This document shows, piece after piece, positions 52,681-64,000 of a DNA stretch of 64,000 bases (the stretch's first letter is position 1; each line of letters opens with the position of its first letter). The stretch is from Lama glama (taxonomy: Eukaryota): positions 42,472,001-42,536,000 of the forward strand of contig CM052816.1 of assembly GCA_028534125.1 (NCBI GenBank), written 5' to 3'. The position numbers and the translations under genes were made by a program. Under the pieces are notes generated by a model. It had not been told where the DNA came from. It saw only the letters and a list, made by a program, of their open reading frames with translations, and did no database searches.

Positions 52681-54121
52681 ACTTTGAGCAAGGCACTTAG
52701 CCTCTCCCTGTTTCTAATCTGTAAAGTGAAGAAATTGAACCAGATGATCTCAAAGGCCCTGCTAGCACCAGTTTGTTTTAAGGACCAAGAGTTGTCATAT
52801 CAAACTGCTGGATCTGAATATCTCATTGACCATTTGCAATCACCGTAGTAGAAAAGACTGGATATTAAAATGTATAGAATTTCTGTCAAATAAAAGCTTC
52901 TGTAAGTTTAAATCATTTGTAATACCCACAAAAGAACAAAGCATTTATTTTAAATAAATGAAAACAAAACAAAACAAATCTTGATGGTCCTATTTTCACC
53001 CAATGTGTACATCAATCCAATAAAGAAATGTCTGCAATAAAAGTACCAGAGGCTTTTAAGCAGATGTTAGCATGCCTGAATGAGAAACATGCAGCAGTGT
53101 GCACACTGCAATTCTGCCCTATATCCTTATGTAAATAGGAGGTCTATGACTTGATGTTGAAATGACCTTTCAGACAGTATTCCATTGCCACATGCCCAAA
53201 CTTGTGTCTCAGAATAATTAGAAGCTTTGACTTACACATCTTGGTATACAGTGTTTATGTTAATTATAAATGTCTGAAAGTTTCCTGAAACTTTGTCTTC
53301 ATAGCTTTTTATCGAAGACAGACTGGAGTTTGGGAGGAGGGTTGTGGATTGTGGTCCTAAGCCTTTGATTTTCAGCCTCTCATATTTGGAATGAAAATTA
53401 AAATCTACTTTTCCAGTTGCCCAGAACATGGTAGCATATTTTTATATTTTTCAACATGAATAAGAAACTGTTTGGAATCATAGTATTTGATACTTTTAAA
53501 ACAGTGTTTCATTCTTAAGGCATTTAGCAAAACATTTCAAGTAGTCCATGGGTCCTTAAATATAAAGGTATTCCCAATGTCATACAGGAAAAGCTCAAAA
53601 TATTATAATTAAAATTGAGAAGTTCCTGTCATACAAAGGGATGATACTCTTCCAAAAATTGTTTCTAAATCACACCTCAGAATTTCTTTTTCCCATGGTG
53701 GTCAACCCCAGTCTACGGAAGCTGACCCTAACCCTGCAAATAACAGTCATTTCATTTTCATCTCCCCCTCTTTATATTATATAAATGCAAAGGCCAGTTT
53801 ACAAGAAAATACCATAACCATTCTGGAAGAAAAGACTGACTCCCTATTTCACTGTCTGGACAAGCTGTGGAGTAGGTTCCTGTATATCAAAGAGAAGAGT
53901 GAAAATCTAGTCTCTGAAATGGCTCTAGATTAGACAAAGTCTTCAACCCCACCTCACCTGTGGCCCTCAACAGCCCCTGTGGTCCACTTGGAGGTCCCCA
54001 TAGCCACCTTCCTCTCCACCCTGCCCCCACCTGCACTAACTGTCGTACACAACTTGCTCCTGCTTTACTGCCCATGGGGCCAAACTGTTATGCTGATTTA
54101 CCAACTATAAACACAACCTCT

Positions 54122-54261
54122 ACAGGAGGGTATAGCTCAAGTGGTAGAGCACACGCTAGACATGCATGAGGTCCTGGGTTCAATCCCCAGTACCTCCTCC
54201 AACAATAAATAAATAAACCTAATTACCTCTCCCTCAAAAAAAAACAAAAAACAAAACAAAA
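54122..54261 (+). mobile_element. tRNA-Ala-derived SINE (Vic-1-like)
   Basis: GGAGGGTATAGCTCAAGTGGTAGAGC (A box), GGTTCAATCC at 54177-54186 (B box), (AATA)n and A-rich tail. AACCTCT flanks it at 54115-54121 and 54262-54268. Confidence 0.9.
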
Positions 54262-55494
54262 AACCTCTTTGTACATACATTTCATTCTTAAAAGTATATT
54301 TAGATGTTGATGCAAATAAAATTTGTAACTAATTTATACCATCTCTTTCAGGAAATTAAATCTACTAAATCTATAGACCGTGTAATTTAAGCTTTTGAAA
54401 ATTTAAAGATATGAAATTGCTTGGTGACATCTTGCTCTCAGATCTTTTACAAGAAAAGCCTGATATTAGGTCAGGCTGCACCATCTGCATTGCTGTTGTT
54501 CTGAAAACCACTGAGGAAAGGTGATGTGGAAACTCAGAACTCCATGTTCTCTCATCATTTCTTTAACCTCCGACCACACACTGCCCCTTGCCACCCAGCT
54601 CCTCAGCTGGAAAAAGTGATATGCACCATGATACGTATCAAGATTCACCTTTGGGTCTCAAAATGAACATGATTTGCCCTGATTCCTACCCCGCCCCCAT
54701 CTGCACACTGCTTGTGTACACACACCACAAAGTGGGACAGTGGGTAGGGGAAATTGTTGAGAAACCTGCTGTCGTTTTCCATGTTACTACCTTTTCTCCA
54801 AAGAATTGGGGACAAAACTTGCTTGTTGGTTAGCAGCGACATATGTGCTGTGTGCAAGAATTCAGAGAAATGGTAGGGATTGTAAGCACTCTCCAGATAA
54901 GTGTTACTCTGTATCTTTTTTAACTGAAAAGTATACTAGTCTTTTCTAATTGTTATTGCCAATTAAGTTTTGAGAACCTACCAGCAAACAGAATTCACAG
55001 AAACTGTCACAACAAAGACTCACTTTCTTTATCCTGAAATGATCCTTTCTCAATTTGAATTTGTTCTTAGTAAATTAGTGTTTCTTCAAGGCCTCCTTTT
55101 AAAAAAATTAATTATTTATAAAGTAGGCATTCCAAAAGAAGGACTTTTTTTTATAACTTCTATTAAGCTATTTATTTGCTGGCTTTGTGATGTTTGGAAG
55201 TTGCAGAAATTAATGTGTAGTTAGTACTTAATCTTCACATTCTCTCTCTGGCTAAATATAATTTAAATATGGCTCAGATGTGGTTATCTACCTGCTACTG
55301 TCTTCTGATTGGAAGTTATAAAGCTGAAATAAGTGTTCCAAATAAGTTAAAATGACTCTTTTTATTTGATATGAGTACTTTTATTTCTTTAAGGATACTA
55401 TTTCTCCCCTACTTCTTCGTTAATTTTCAGAAGTCAATGAAGTCAAAATTCTCTTACTTCTTTTATAAAGTACTGGCCTACCTCTATCTCTAAT

Positions 55495-55670
55495 CCAGTT
55501 TCTCAACCTCAGCCTTCCTGATATTTTAGACTGGGTAATTCTTCATTGTGGGGGCTGTCCTGTGCACTGGAGGATGTGGAACAATATCTCTTGTCTCCAG
55601 TAGACCCATAGTACTCTTCCACACCAAATGTTCCCCGGGGTAAAACTGCTTCTCATTAAAAACTGCTGTT
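55495..55670. mobile_element. MER20 hAT-Charlie element
   Basis: TTTCTCAACCTCAGC...TAATTCTTCATTGTGGGGGCTGTCCTGTGCACTGGAGGATG...CCAAATGTTCCCCGGGGTAAAA. Confidence 0.85.
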
Positions 55671-58486
55671 CTAATCTATGTGAAATACATGCTTCCGAAC
55701 ACGTCACTGGGTACATAGCTTGGGTCGTGTATTTTTGTTTGTTTGTTTTTTAATCTGATTCTTTCCTATTCTGTCGGTAATTTTTAAATCATTATTGCTT
55801 TTTTTTAAATTTAAGAATCTTTTAGAGAATAAGAATATGAAAGCCTTCTAGGCCCACCATCAGACCAGAGCTTTGAGTGGTGTGTATAGTTAATTAATTC
55901 ATACAGGATATTTTTGTTACTAAACCTTCTAGATTTACACAAAACACTGTTTTTAAAAAATGAAAAATTGTACTGGAAGATAATTTTTTTAATCTTAAAA
56001 TGTGTGAATCTTAAGAAGAATCATAGTGTAGAAGATGAAAAAGGAAAATTCTGCATTTAAGTATTATAAAAGTATGTTAAAAGCTTTCCTGAAATGTTCT
56101 GTTTAGTACATGTCTGAGCTTAAGGACTCCAGTAATTAAGTTAATTTTTTCAGTTAAAGAATACTGAACATTTGTAGAATTTGAAAACAAACTCTAGTCA
56201 CTCCTGAAAGATAGAAAAAAACTATATGATTCTACTTTTAAAAATACAATGTAGAATCTCCCAAAAGGGACAGTCTTCCATACTCTGATGTGAAAAGTGC
56301 CTCTGCATTCTCAGACATGAGCCGCACAGAAAGGAAGACCTTAGGTCTAAAATGAAGACAGAGCCTGGCTTGGAGATGAGTCTGCAACCACTATGAAAAT
56401 CTTCCAACCAGGTTCTGCAGATCTGCATAGGGGTTGAGGGGAAAGGTGAATGGAAGTTAAGTGAGTCCTGACTGATGACAGGATATCATTCAAGTGTTCA
56501 CAACTTCATTACCTATCCAACCACCTCTTACACCTTAAGGAGGCTTGAAGCTACAGTGGACATCCCTTCTCTGTCAGCAGAGCCCTGCTATTATCAAGAA
56601 AAGCAAAGCAGCTCTCAGTAAGTGCTGTTATACCAGCCATGGGCGGATACGGTGTTCCCTTGCATCTCACACGAGCATTTCTTTGGCTCCTGCTCTCCTC
56701 CACCTCTATAGGATTAAGAAGTGAAGTGTTCCATTTCATTTCACTGGTGTGTGTGTGCTGGCCAGGTATTCAGTTTGCATGTCCAATAAGACAGCCTAAT
56801 AAATACTCACAGACTAAGTTACGACTTGTTCACGAAGTTCCAGCATTTTAGAACTAAGGGAAATAAAAGAATAACTTCAGGCCCCCCAAAAGATACAATT
56901 TATAGAGCAGATAATAAATATAGAAGCTTATTATTCTGGCAGTTAGAACTAATTTAAAATAGGGAGTCAAAGATAGTTTAAATTTATGCTTAATGGAGAC
57001 CCTTTGGAGTATTATCTAATATTCAACATCTTTGATAAAATTTAGTCTCAAGCTTTACATATATCTTCTGAATCTCCTTTGAAAAGATGTTTATCTTTGA
57101 CTTATTTCTTCTTGTTCATTCATCCCTTCAAACATTTTATTGCCTATCTACTATGTACCAAACACTGCAAACCGTCTCCCTTCTTACCTTTCTTTCTTTT
57201 AGGGGGATGAGTGTGGGGTGGAATTGGTGGCTTTAAGTTATTTTCTGTAAGTAAAAGATTAGGAGTCCTATAGAATGAGGAAGTCAGAGTTGCAGGATGT
57301 CCTGCAGGCTAGGCAGAAGTCATACCAGCTTATGTTTACTCGCACATTCATGAGTATGATATGTATATATTTCTGGCAGCCAGTTAGCTCTGAATCTTAA
57401 TCTTCCAGTGATGGAAAGGGCAGAGATGAGGGAGAAGAAAGAGAATTAGAAAATACTTTCTCCCTCCTTACCTGTCTACTAAATTGCTAAGACTGTATAT
57501 TTGGAGGCTTGAGAACAGGAAGTTTTGTTTTATATTCTTTGCAATGAATCATAGTCATAATTATCACCTAACACCATGGTGGCACCTGTAGACCCAAGAG
57601 AAGAAAGGTCTTGGAAGCTGGGAAGAGTGGAGCAGTTGAGAGACAGAAGTTTCCAGTTCACTTGTTGACAGATGTTTGTTAAGCTTCTACCATGTGCCAG
57701 GAAAATATGCCCAGTTCAGAGGCTCAGTAATCTAGAGCAACTCTGATCCTTCACTTATGAGGCTTCCAATCTAGTAGAGAAACCAGACCTTGAGCAAGAG
57801 CATAGAAAACATCTGCCTTTTCCACAGTGTTGCCTAGGGCTCAGTCTCGGAGTGCCCTGCAGATCATCTCTATAGGCTGCTGACCCTGTTCTGTAAACAT
57901 GAGGATAAGTAAGGGAATCATAGGGCTGGGAGAAACACCCGGCTGTGCTTGGTGTGAATGTAATTATGGCATTTACCTTACGCTGCTAGTTATTCTTCAA
58001 AAATATTACTCAAAAGAAGCAAGAATTAAAATGAAATGGGTATATAATAAGACAGCAAAAGGTTAGGATATGGACTTTATCTCAGAGACCCTGTAAATAG
58101 CTAGAAGCTATTTAGTAGGGGATCATGTAGCCAAAGACAGAAACTGTGTATCTCAAAACAGAAAGAGCTTTTTAGCAAGTTTACTAATAACTCTTTATGT
58201 GAACTGTAACCATGGCTAGTTTGAAAAGAGGGTTCCCCTTATAAACTAATTACTGACCAGATGTGGTTATTGATACTTTAGGGTAGAAAATGGAAATAAG
58301 AAATGGTAAGTTGTAGGCATGCTCATCAAATTCCTTGAACGATTTGATAATTTAAATGCTATAAATTTAAATGATTAAGAGGGATTGAGTTAAAAAGGAA
58401 TGTCACTTGAAAAACAGTTAAGTCAGTCATCAGATCATTCTATGGCAAATTTGTAATTTGAGGTGTTTCTTTTCCCCTCCTTTTAG

Positions 58487-58608
58487 CTTGTCAAAATTCC
58501 TAAAAACGATCCCCTCAATGAAGTGCATACCTTTAACTTCTATTTGTCAAATGTGGGTAAAGACAACCCCCAGGGCAGCTTTGACTGCATCCAGCAAACC
58601 TTCTCCAG
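58487..58608 (+). CDS. ELL2: ELL2 coding exon 3 ([40 protein letters not shown] + 2 nt)
   Basis: Pyrimidine tract TTTCTTTTCCCCTCCTTTTAG, 122 nt, donor CAG|GTAAGT (phase 2). Contains the ELL-family [20 protein letters not shown] motif. Confidence 0.97.
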
Positions 58609-59669
58609 GTAAGTGTGTTTTCAAGATATGCTGAAGTGAAAATCATTTTTCTTTGAGGGTTTTTTAAATTAATAAAATACATAGTAGTCATTCCATAAAT
58701 ATTTATTGAATTGAATTGCAGAACTCATTTATTTATTTGAGAAGTACTGAGCACCTACTATGTGCTATAAATTATATTTGTCACTGTGGGATACAGTCAC
58801 AGAAATTTCAAGATTCTTGCCCTTGAGGAATTTTTCAGATACTCATTTTGTACTTGTAAAACATGGTTTGTTTTGTTTGTTTCAATTAAAGACAAGTTTG
58901 AGGGCTTTTTTAAATGTTTTTATTCATTGACTATAAATAAGAGTGCTTTATAGTATCCTCAAGGCTCACATTCACAGATAAGGGAGGAAAATGTATATAT
59001 ATCTTGCATATCCCCTTCCTCCCTCCCTGTGCAAGGCTTGTTTTAAGACAGATTTTTAAAAATCTTTATTCTGCAGGAAATGGAAAGTAGAAATTAACCT
59101 CTGTATAGCAGACAGTTCTGATTTTAAGGGGAAAAAAAGGAGGGAGGAAGGCAAAAATACACACCCACAGCCCAGGGAACCCATGGAACCCTTATCTACT
59201 TAGGTCCTCTGTAAACAATAACCTGCTTGTTTCACTCTTCTTTGCTGTGGTTGTTTCTGATTAAAGAATGGGCCTCTTGAGTAGGGGGAGTTTGTTCTGC
59301 CTGTGGATAAAGACAAGGCCTTAGAGCCCCCAGCCTCCCAAGAAACACTGACATTGGCCCAAAGTTCCCTGGGGCAGCCTGTCCCTATCTCTCATCTGTG
59401 CAGAACTTGAAACTGTAAGCACTTGCTGTGCATGGGAGAAAGAGGAAGGGAAAGCTGTGTTTCAAGTGAGCACAGGAGGTGAAGATACAAATAAGACACG
59501 GAAAGAGTTCTAAATTTCTCCTCCCATTAAAGGCTACTGAATAACTTTTGTTTTATCTTAATTTGCCATTTTCCCTAAGTGTATGTTAATTTTATTTTCT
59601 AAAAATTGACTGCCCCCAAAACTATATTTTTTATATGAATTGCATATGTTATCGATTATATAGACTTTT

Positions 59670-59875
59670 CTGTAGTGTCTACTGTGACAGCCATTGGCCA
59701 CATGTGGCTATTTACACTGCAGTTGATAAAAATGAAATAAAATTAAACATTTAGTTCTTCACTCTTACTAACCACGTATTACAAGCTCACTAGCCACATG
59801 GCTGGTGGCTATCACAGTGGACAGCAGAGATACAAAACCCTGTCAGTTGCATAAAGCTCTGTGGGAGAGCACTGT
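59670..59875. mobile_element. MER3-like hAT-Charlie element
   Basis: CAGCCATTGGCCACATGTGGCTATT...AGCTCACTAGCCACATGGCTGGTGGCTA...TGGACAGCA. Confidence 0.75.
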
Positions 59876-61179
59876 AATAGACTACAAAACCACCAAGTAA
59901 AAGGGTCCTTGGTGACTGGGTAGTTCCACCCCTTCACTTCACAGGTGACTTATCCAGTTACATAGCTGGTTAAGTAGTGACTGGGCTGAATGAGAACTGA
60001 GTTCTCCTAACTCCCAGTCCAGTGTTATTTAGAGAATTATTTTATTATAGTGAGAAGATTTTGACATCAAATTGAACTATGTTTCACTAGGAATTTTATT
60101 AAGGAATTTAATCCCCTCTTCAAAACCAGTCTCATCACCATAGGTAATATGGTTTCTCCCTTACATCATAAGTACCCTGTGAGTTTATTTCTGCCTTGCT
60201 TGTTTGAAGAAGGATTTAGGATCACTTATAAAACTACACATGATGCACCAACAGAAAAACAGTTACTGTGAGAAAATTGGCACAAATGCATTAGTATGAT
60301 CCAAGTGTGATACGGATAGAAATTGAAATTTGCAGCTATAAAAACTGAAGCACTTTCAGTTCCCAGCCTGGCAAGCAAAGCTTTTTATAATCTGGCTCTA
60401 CCTTTTCTATTCAATTTGATTTTTATTTTCCATGGATCTTGTCTCTCCTGCAGTTGTGCCAGTCCCTCAAGGGTGGGGGCTCTGTTTTACGCCTTTATAG
60501 TCTTCCAGTGCTGGCTGAGCTCCATAAGTAGATGTTCAAAAAATACATATTAACTAGTCTCCTTTCTTATCTTTCTTCTTAAATCTCCTTGTTCCTCACA
60601 TTTTCTTCTATGTAAAGTGGAGGAAATCCCACAGTCAAAATTACCTTTCAAAAATTCCTTAAATCTACCCATTCATAGGTCTAGTGAAAATACATAATTT
60701 GGGGCATACAGCCCTGTAAGTAATGCACACTCAAGTGTAGGAAACAGTGAGGTAGGCTAAAGAAATACTGTAGGAACGTTTATAAGCATATATCAAAGTA
60801 TTTAAACTTATAAAGAACTCATTTGAAAAGGGATGAGTGGAGAAATTTGGAGAGTACCTTCTTGCCCACAGGGTTTATAGCTCCATTTTGTTTCCATATA
60901 AAGATCTGTTTCTTTGGATGATGTAAACTGTAACATCATTATCTTTGGCAATAGGTTCAGCTCATTTTCACTCTAAATTACTTAGTAAATAATAAGAGGA
61001 GATGTTGAAATTCAAACTTTCTGCTACCAGACCTTCATTCTGCAGTCTTTACTGCAGTCTTTCCTTCCTCGCCTTCATCCTCCATCCCACTTTTCCCCAG
61101 AGGGTCAGACCTCCCTCCCTCCCCACTTCCTTCCCCTCCTTTCATTGGTTTTTCAGCATTCATACATGCTCAGGTCTGC

Positions 61180-62362
61180 CTCGTTTAATAAAAAAAAAAA
61201 AAACCAAGCTTGCTTGCACTCACTTCTGGTCCCAAAGTCTGGTTTCAGTCCCCACCATCCCACTGAGACATGCTCCCCAAAGAGAGCCTTGACCTTCTTG
61301 CCCCTGAATCCAGTGGATGCTTATTGGTTCCTTATTTTTCTGGCCTTGTTGCCAGCATTTCACTGTGGCCAACTCTCTAATCCTTGAAGCATTCTATTCA
61401 GATGGCTTTCATGACACAGTGCTCTTGTGATTTCCCTCAATCTCTTTGGCTGTACCTTTTCAGTCTCCTGTGGTCTTCTTTTCATCTTCCTATTGATAAT
61501 TTTAAATATTAGTGTTATTCACAGTCTGTTCCCTCCTGAAACTGTTCCTCACTTCTTCAGCGTCTCCATGTCCAAAACTGAAATCACTTTCTCTCTCCCA
61601 ACCCTACCCTAGTGTCTTAATAAATGGCAGCTCCACACACCCAGTAACCTGGCACAGTCTTTAACTCTACCTCCAGCCCCTTATTGTTGACAAAACTCTG
61701 TCAACTCTGCCTCTTCACCATCTCTGGAATCTGTTTACTGTTCTACATTTACACTGTGCTTCCCTGATCTAAGCCATCACTTCTTGCCTGTAATCCTCAG
61801 TAGCCTTTTAACTGGTCTCCTGTTTTCAGAAGAGTGCCCCCTTCCTCCCAATCTGTTCTTCATCCAGATTGATCTTTCTACAATGTAAATGAGATATTTC
61901 CTCTCCTCGTTTTCAGTCTCTTGGGATAAAGTCCAAAATCCAAAGCCCTGAGTGATGTACTTCTCATACCCTCTTTTCAGCCTCATCTCTGACTGTCCTT
62001 TCCAGGTCTCTTTGGCCAAACTGAAAACTTCCCCCTTGCTCCCTCTGGGCCTGCACATGTTGATTATCCTTCTAGAACACTTCTGCCCTTCCCCTTGTCT
62101 AATCATCTGCTCAGGCATCACTTCCTCTAGGAAGCCTTTACCTTGCCCACAAGTCCAGGTAAAGTATCTTCCTGGGGTCCCCTGCCTCCTGGCATTTGTC
62201 ACACTGCATCATAATTTCCAGTTTGCTCATCTTTGTCACCCATTAGACAGAGAGCTCCGTGAAGGAGGGACCACATCTGTCAGTCCTTGTCATAAGCCTA
62301 TGTACCTCACACATTGCCTGGCATGCAGTCTCTGCCCAATAAATATTTATAAGATGAAGGAA
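61180..62362 (+). mobile_element. L2 remnant ending in the L2 terminus
   Basis: Pyrimidine-rich; ATGTCCAAAACTGAA, CATCACTTCCTCTAGGAAGCCTT, terminal TGCCTGGCATGCAG...CAATAAATATTTATAAGATGAA. Confidence 0.85.
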
Positions 62363-63272
62363 CTGATTTTTAAAAAATTGTCTTTGTACTACTGACAGTT
62401 ATTAGGAATTTACAAAAATTTTGTCAACCCTTATTTCTTAGCATCATAACAAAGCTACTTCTAATTAAGTTTAGAAATAGAATATCCAAGCTGTAGTGAC
62501 ATTTTCATTACTTCTATGTTCTAGTCTGTTTTAAGGCCATAGTCATTTCTTTTTAAAATACTAGTGTAACTGTTACGATGATCCCCTAATATTAGCATAA
62601 TACTCTGAATACAAAACTGTCTTCCCGGCCAGTGTTAGTATTCATGATTGTTTAAATAAGAGGTTTTTTAAAAATATTTCTGCAAAAATCTATTGCCCAA
62701 TATTTTTTCAATATTTGCTATATCAGCAGATCATCTTATATTTAACAAAATGGTAAATATAAAGTTATCAATGTTTAGGCTCTTCGGGCTAATAATAATA
62801 AATTAAACTATGTTTGGTGGGTTTTTTAGCCTTAAAATTAATATCCTATTAAAAATAAAAAGCATTATGGTGGGTCTATTCCATCTAGTCAGTTCTAAAG
62901 TATGCATATTATGGTTCCACTAAAAATTAACTTAGAACATTTCTCACACCAATGGTAGACAATTCTTTTAAAAATGAAAGTAGAACTACAGTGTCCATCA
63001 AGACTCTGGTCTTCGAAGACACCAAATACTGATTTTTCAAAATTTTATGGATTTGGTCTCTGAGAGTTTATTTCACCCATTCTATCCAGAATGTGGGGGT
63101 TGGGGGGATGTGATATGAGATGAAGAAGAGAAACTTAAAATTTTTTAAATACATTTTTAAATGACTAACGTGAGTTATCTTGAATTGCAAAGCTATTAAG
63201 GCTGCTTCTCTCGCTTGCCTTTATTGTACAAAATGAGGGACATCCCTAACAAGCCACCGTCTTACTTGACAG

Positions 63273-63436
63273 CTCTGGAGCCTCCCAGCTCAATTGCCTG
63301 GGATTTATACAAGATAAAATTACAGTGTGTGCAACAAATGACTCGTATCAGATGACACGAGAAAGAATGACCCAGGCAGAGGAGGAATCCCGCAACCGAA
63401 GCACAAAAGTTATCAAACCTGGTGGACCATATGTAG
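63273..63436 (+). CDS. ELL2: ELL2 coding exon 4 ([55 protein letters not shown] + 1 nt); gene continues beyond the window
   Basis: Branch-like CCCTAAC at 63244-63250, acceptor AG at 63271-63272, 164 nt in frame with exon 3, donor TAG|GTTTGT. Contains the ELL-family [14 protein letters not shown] motif. Confidence 0.96.
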
Positions 63437-64000
63437 GTTTGTATAGATATCTTTTTCCTTCTCGCTGATTGATTGGAATAATTCAAGATCACTATAGGTA
63501 AATATTGGCAATATTAACTTAATGAAAACACAGAAATTAGTTTTCAGAACATTTTGAAAAACACGGTCAAAAGTCGTTTGTTCTCTTCATACTGCTGGTA
63601 AATGGTACACATTGAAAAGTTTTGCTTTTTTAATAAATCCTGAATCCTCTGTTGACTATTTGTTATTACTTTATAATACTAGAATCTAGTCAAGTTACTT
63701 TACTATGTGAGATCGTAATGGTGGTATCCTTGTGTTTTCTTTGTCACTGGATGATGTAATTTCAGTGGTGGACAGTATGGTTCTTACTTTGCACTTCTGT
63801 AGAGTTATTTTTATAGATAAAATCTGTTAGTAGAACTTAAGAGTTTTCAGTCAGTAGAATTTCAAAGGATCTTTGCACAACAAGGAATTTTTATTGCAAA
63901 AGTATAAAATGTGCCTATTGCAAAGCATTAGGGTGATGTTTCTTTGGTACCTTAATTGTGATGTCATTCCTCATCTACCCATTAATTAAGAGCCTGCCCC

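Noticed and set aside
11912..54317. About eight octamer motifs (ATGCAAAT/ATTTGCAT) and several TGA(C/G)TCA sites
   Set aside because: Scattered and unclustered; several are expected by chance in 64 kb of AT-rich DNA.
58529..58531. Thr at codon 80 where I recall Asn in human ELL2
   Set aside because: A single substitution compared from memory; not interpretable without an alignment.
9724..61052. Short tandem duplications (e.g. near 9724, 26289, 29167, 31600, 37765, 48976, 61030)
   Set aside because: Unrelated two-copy slippage events with no shared repeat or spacer structure, so not an array.
61777..62395. Overlapping 141-aa and 147-aa ORFs
   Set aside because: Both lie within a decayed L2 and show no protein-family signal.
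63243..63250. TCCCTAAC as a U12-type branch site
   Set aside because: Intron 3 begins GTAAGT (U2 type), not RTATCCTT.

Overview
Mammalian genomic DNA holding the 5' part of ELL2 (RNA polymerase II elongation factor, ELL family) on the + strand. It contains about 17 kb of repeat-rich upstream sequence, a CpG-island promoter (about 17.2-19.1 kb) and coding exons 1-4 (17818-17964, 33710-33757, 58487-58608, 63273-63436). These splice with GT-AG boundaries into one frame of 160 codons plus 1 nt, and the gene continues past the window end. Four tRNA-Ala(AGC)-derived SINEs resembling camelid Vic-1 suggest a camel, alpaca or llama genome. The rest is old MIR, L2, L1 and DNA-transposon remnants; repeat family names come from recalled consensus sequences and their boundaries are approximate. 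I found no evidence of a new multi-gene system. The best leads are regulatory: a strong-context 33-codon uORF ending 1 nt before the ELL2 ATG, an L2-derived candidate recursive splice site that regenerates the exon 1 donor, a perfect NF-kB site and a CRE/CCAAT cluster, an antisense splice donor suggesting a divergent lncRNA, a SINE-supplied intronic poly(A) signal cluster, and tandem donors at exon 4.
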